Below, one piece after another: positions 59,614-64,000 of a stretch of DNA of 64,000 nt. Under the pieces are notes generated by a model. That model ran no database searches, was not told where the DNA came from, and saw only the letters and a list, made by a program, of their open reading frames with translations. The stretch covers positions 9,647 to 73,646 of the forward strand of contig JAZLBW010000045.1 of NCBI GenBank assembly GCA_045613905.1, in the 5' to 3' direction. This DNA comes from Candidatus Caccoplasma sp. (lineage in GTDB: Bacteria; Bacteroidota; Bacteroidia; Bacteroidales; G3-4614). Both the position numbers and the translations under genes were made by a program. Each line of letters opens with the position of its first letter. The first letter of the stretch is position 1.

Positions 59614-61962
59614 CTATTTTACTACAATTTCATCAACAAATAGGAATAGAGGAAGATTTTTTCCGTCGTGCCACTCCGGACCAACCTTCACACTCTCAGC
59701 TTTGATTTTTATGTATTGAGCTTTAACAGGCTCGAATTTTGCCTCAAGCATTTGACGCTCTTGTTTGTATCCCTCATATCCTGTGGGAAGAGCGAATGTT
59801 TGATCGCTTACAGTAGTAAACTCTTTTCCGTCGGCAGAAACCTCAACTTTATAGCTTGCAGCAGGGAAAATCCAGTTTGCGAGGTCGCAAAGTTGACCAA
59901 CTGAAACCTCTGAAATCTCCTCAACTTTACCAAGGTCAAGATTTGCAACAAGGTCTTTAGTCTCAAATGCAATCCAACGACCTGTGTTGAATGCGTGAGT
60001 ACCTGTCAAACCGTCAACCAAAGTTTTTGCTCCATCGTAAACATATTTTACGCAGATAGGCTCATCCAATGTGATTTTGCTTGCTGTAGCTTTGTTGAAA
60101 TCGAAAGTACACTCATAAACACTCTTCTCCAATCCTGCTCTGTCTGAGAATGTTTTAAGAGTTGCGGTCTCGTTCAATTTAATTACATCTTGATAAACTG
60201 CGCTCTCGGTGGTTGGCTCTGTTCCGTCTAAAGTGTAGTAGATAGGAGCATTACCTTGTGTGCGAAGCGTAATATCTATTGTGTTGTCTTGCATGTTTAC
60301 GTTATATGACATTGCAACCTCCAAGATGTGTTTTGCAAAGTTGTTTCCGTTTTGAACGTAAACTTGTACGTTTTTATCCAAACGTTTCAAGAAACTTGAC
60401 CAATCTTTGTTCTCCAAGTTTGTCCATGCGACTTCACTTAATGCATCCAAACGAGGAAGAAGCATATATTGAAGATATTCAAAATCTTTTATGTACTCAG
60501 TCCAGATGTTTGCTTGAACACCAATAATACGAGCACCCTCTTCTGCTGTCAATGAAGTATCAACGGGGTTGTAGTTGTAAACCATCTCAACCGGGATGTT
60601 ACCACCGATGGCAAGAGGCTCACGCTCTGTATCCAAAGTTTGGTAGTAGTCGAAGTATAGGTGAGTGTTGGGAGTCATAATAACATCGTGTCCTTTGCGA
60701 GCAGCCTCAATACCACCTGCAACACCACGCCATGACATTACTGTTGCGCTTTGAGAAAGCTCTCCCTCTAAAATCTCATCCCAACCAATCATCTTACGTC
60801 CGTTCTCGTTCAAGAATTTCTCAACACGTTTGTTGAAGTATGATTGTAGATATACCTCTGCCGCGTGTATTGAATCGCCAACAATTCCTTCTGCTTTGAT
60901 TCTTGCTTGACAACGAGGACATTTTGCCCATGCCTCTTTTGGGCACTCATCACCACCAATGTGTATGTACTCTGATGGGAACAATTCCATAACCTCTGTC
61001 AAGATATCCTCAACAAACTCGAATGTGCTCTCTTTACCAACACACAAAACATCGCGACTGATACCCCATGTTTTCATAACCTCGCATTGCTTGTTGAAAC
61101 ATCCAAGGTGAGGATAAGAGGCAACTGCAGCAACCATATGTCCGGGCATGTCAACCTCGGGAATGATTGCAATTTGACGTTCCGCAGCGTAGTTAATAAT
61201 ATCCTTCATCTCCTCACGAGTGTAGAAACCTCCGTAAGGGATGTTGTCATATTCGTTTGTATCGGGACGACCGATGATTGTTCCGCTACGGTATGCTCCA
61301 ACCTCTGTCAAACGAGGATAGACAGCACTCTCCATACGCCAACCTTGGTCATCGGTAATATGCCAGTGGAATACGTTCATTTTGTGCATAGCCATCAAAT
61401 CCAAGAATGTTTTCAACTCATCAACAGAGTACATGTGACGAGCCACATCCAAGTGGTTACCACGATATGCCATACGAGGAGCATCATTAATTGAAATACA
61501 TTTTGCGCTCCACTCAATACCTTCAGCCAAATCCTTGCCGTAGATTTGAGCAGGAAGCAGTTGTTTTAGAGTTTGAATTGCATAGAACATTCCGTTCGCT
61601 GCACTTCCTTTAATTTTAACACTCTTTTTAGATACCTCAAGAGAGTATGCCTCTTTACCTAACTCGCTGTTTAGTTCAAAACTAATAGTTGCATCTTTAG
61701 CACCTTTTTCAACCGCAACAGAGTATCCTGTAACGTTTGCAAGCATTGCCGCAAAATTTTCAACTACCTTAACCGCTGCTGAGTCCATATCAGCATCGTA
61801 TGCAATCGATACATTGTTTGGTAAAACAAAATTGCCACATTTGGGCTCAAGAGAGTTTGGCATTGGAATAATTGTATATTCCGATTTGCTTGGTTTGCAT
61901 GAAACTGCAGCAAATAGCACAACTGACAAACAGAGTGCAACTAATGTCGAGAACTTTTTCAT
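59614..61962 (-). CDS. GH20 beta-N-acetylhexosaminidase, second paralogue, with a C-terminal discoidin-like domain
   Basis: 782 aa with a lipoprotein-like signal (AAVSCKPS), HLDVARHM, FHWHITDDQGWR and HIGGDE. Confidence 0.88.
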   Translation of the reverse strand: MKKFSTLVALCLSVVLFAAVSCKPSKSEYTIIPMPNSLEPKCGNFVLPNNVSIAYDADMDSAAVKVVENFAAMLANVTGYSVAVEKGAKDATISFELNSELGKEAYSLEVSKKSVKIKGSAANGMFYAIQTLKQLLPAQIYGKDLAEGIEWSAKCISINDAPRMAYRGNHLDVARHMYSVDELKTFLDLMAMHKMNVFHWHITDDQGWRMESAVYPRLTEVGAYRSGTIIGRPDTNEYDNIPYGGFYTREEMKDIINYAAERQIAIIPEVDMPGHMVAAVASYPHLGCFNKQCEVMKTWGISRDVLCVGKESTFEFVEDILTEVMELFPSEYIHIGGDECPKEAWAKCPRCQARIKAEGIVGDSIHAAEVYLQSYFNKRVEKFLNENGRKMIGWDEILEGELSQSATVMSWRGVAGGIEAARKGHDVIMTPNTHLYFDYYQTLDTEREPLAIGGNIPVEMVYNYNPVDTSLTAEEGARIIGVQANIWTEYIKDFEYLQYMLLPRLDALSEVAWTNLENKDWSSFLKRLDKNVQVYVQNGNNFAKHILEVAMSYNVNMQDNTIDITLRTQGNAPIYYTLDGTEPTTESAVYQDVIKLNETATLKTFSDRAGLEKSVYECTFDFNKATASKITLDEPICVKYVYDGAKTLVDGLTGTHAFNTGRWIAFETKDLVANLDLGKVEEISEVSVGQLCDLANWIFPAASYKVEVSADGKEFTTVSDQTFALPTGYEGYKQERQMLEAKFEPVKAQYIKIKAESVKVGPEWHDGKNLPLFLFVDEIVVK

Positions 61963-62133
61963 AAGTTTTTAATGTGATAGGTTTATATTATTTTCTTTGT
62001 TATCAATATATTGGCACAACTCACCCTCTACATGTGGGCAAATTTTTGGTAAAAATACAAAATAAAAATTTTATCTCCTAATTAATATGGAGGAAATTAT
62101 CGAAGAATTATATACTCAAAAACACCCTAATGA

Positions 62134-62165
62134 TTTGGATATGAGATTTATTATGAGTAATTTTG
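62134..62165 (+). promoter_or_regulatory. Candidate promoter (-33 TTTG / -7 TAATTTTG) for the GH2 gene
   Basis: TTTG at 62134..62137 and TAATTTTG at 62158..62165 with 20-nt spacing; 112 nt upstream of the ATG at 62277. Confidence 0.35.
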
Positions 62166-62267
62166 TAAGTCGTTTCGAAGGGTTAGGGTTTATATTGGAA
62201 TAAAATAGAACATTCCTTTAAACGAAATGAAGAAAAACAAACAACACAACTTATTAATATACAATAA

Positions 62268-64000
<1,733 letters not shown>

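Noticed and set aside
62087-62203. 38-codon ORF (MEEIIEELYTQKHPNDLDMRFIMSNFVSRFEGLGFILE) between the GH20 and GH2 genes
   Set aside because: It has no recognisable motif. The candidate GH2 promoter boxes lie inside it. Its length is compatible with chance in a 300-bp AT-rich spacer.

Overview
The window looks like a chromosomal segment from a Bacteroidota (Bacteroidales-like) genome, at roughly 40% GC by eye. Supporting evidence is several type IX secretion (T9SS) C-terminal sorting domains, a GH92/GH130/GH20/GH2 glycan-degradation cluster, and TTTG...TAnnTTTG-type promoter boxes. All product calls come from motifs read in the supplied translations; no database search was run.

Most of the window is densely packed housekeeping genes: sufE, hup, coaD, parE, nadB, nagB, ade, gyrB, metK, ftsX, uppP, truB, queA, folK, aroK, korAB, menG/ubiE, purC, phoH and proS. 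I saw no tRNA, rRNA, CRISPR array, transposase or integrase.

Observations worth a second look:
1. A two-gene T9SS cargo cassette (beta-propeller protein plus LamG-like protein) occurs twice in inverted orientation, at 27.2-29.7 kb and 50.0-52.5 kb, bracketing about 20 kb of core genes.
2. The sorting domains of these four genes are far more alike than their passenger domains.
3. An orphan, start-less T9SS sorting-domain remnant lies directly behind one copy (51114..51260).
4. A GC-rich 36-nt palindromic mini-element sits in frame inside the sorting domain of that same copy (51359..51394).
5. A perfectly conserved 62-nt core with diverged 20-nt linkers forms an 82-bp tandem array (38648..38893). 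It lies upstream of a receiver-domain/PEP-pyruvate-binding-domain protein and a 581-aa coiled-coil protein.
6. A small exosortase-like membrane protein is wedged into the folK-aroK operon.
7. A large T9SS serine protease is tightly coupled to a beta-barrel outer-membrane protein.

None of these is proven to be a new system. They are ranked by how much the sequence itself supports them.
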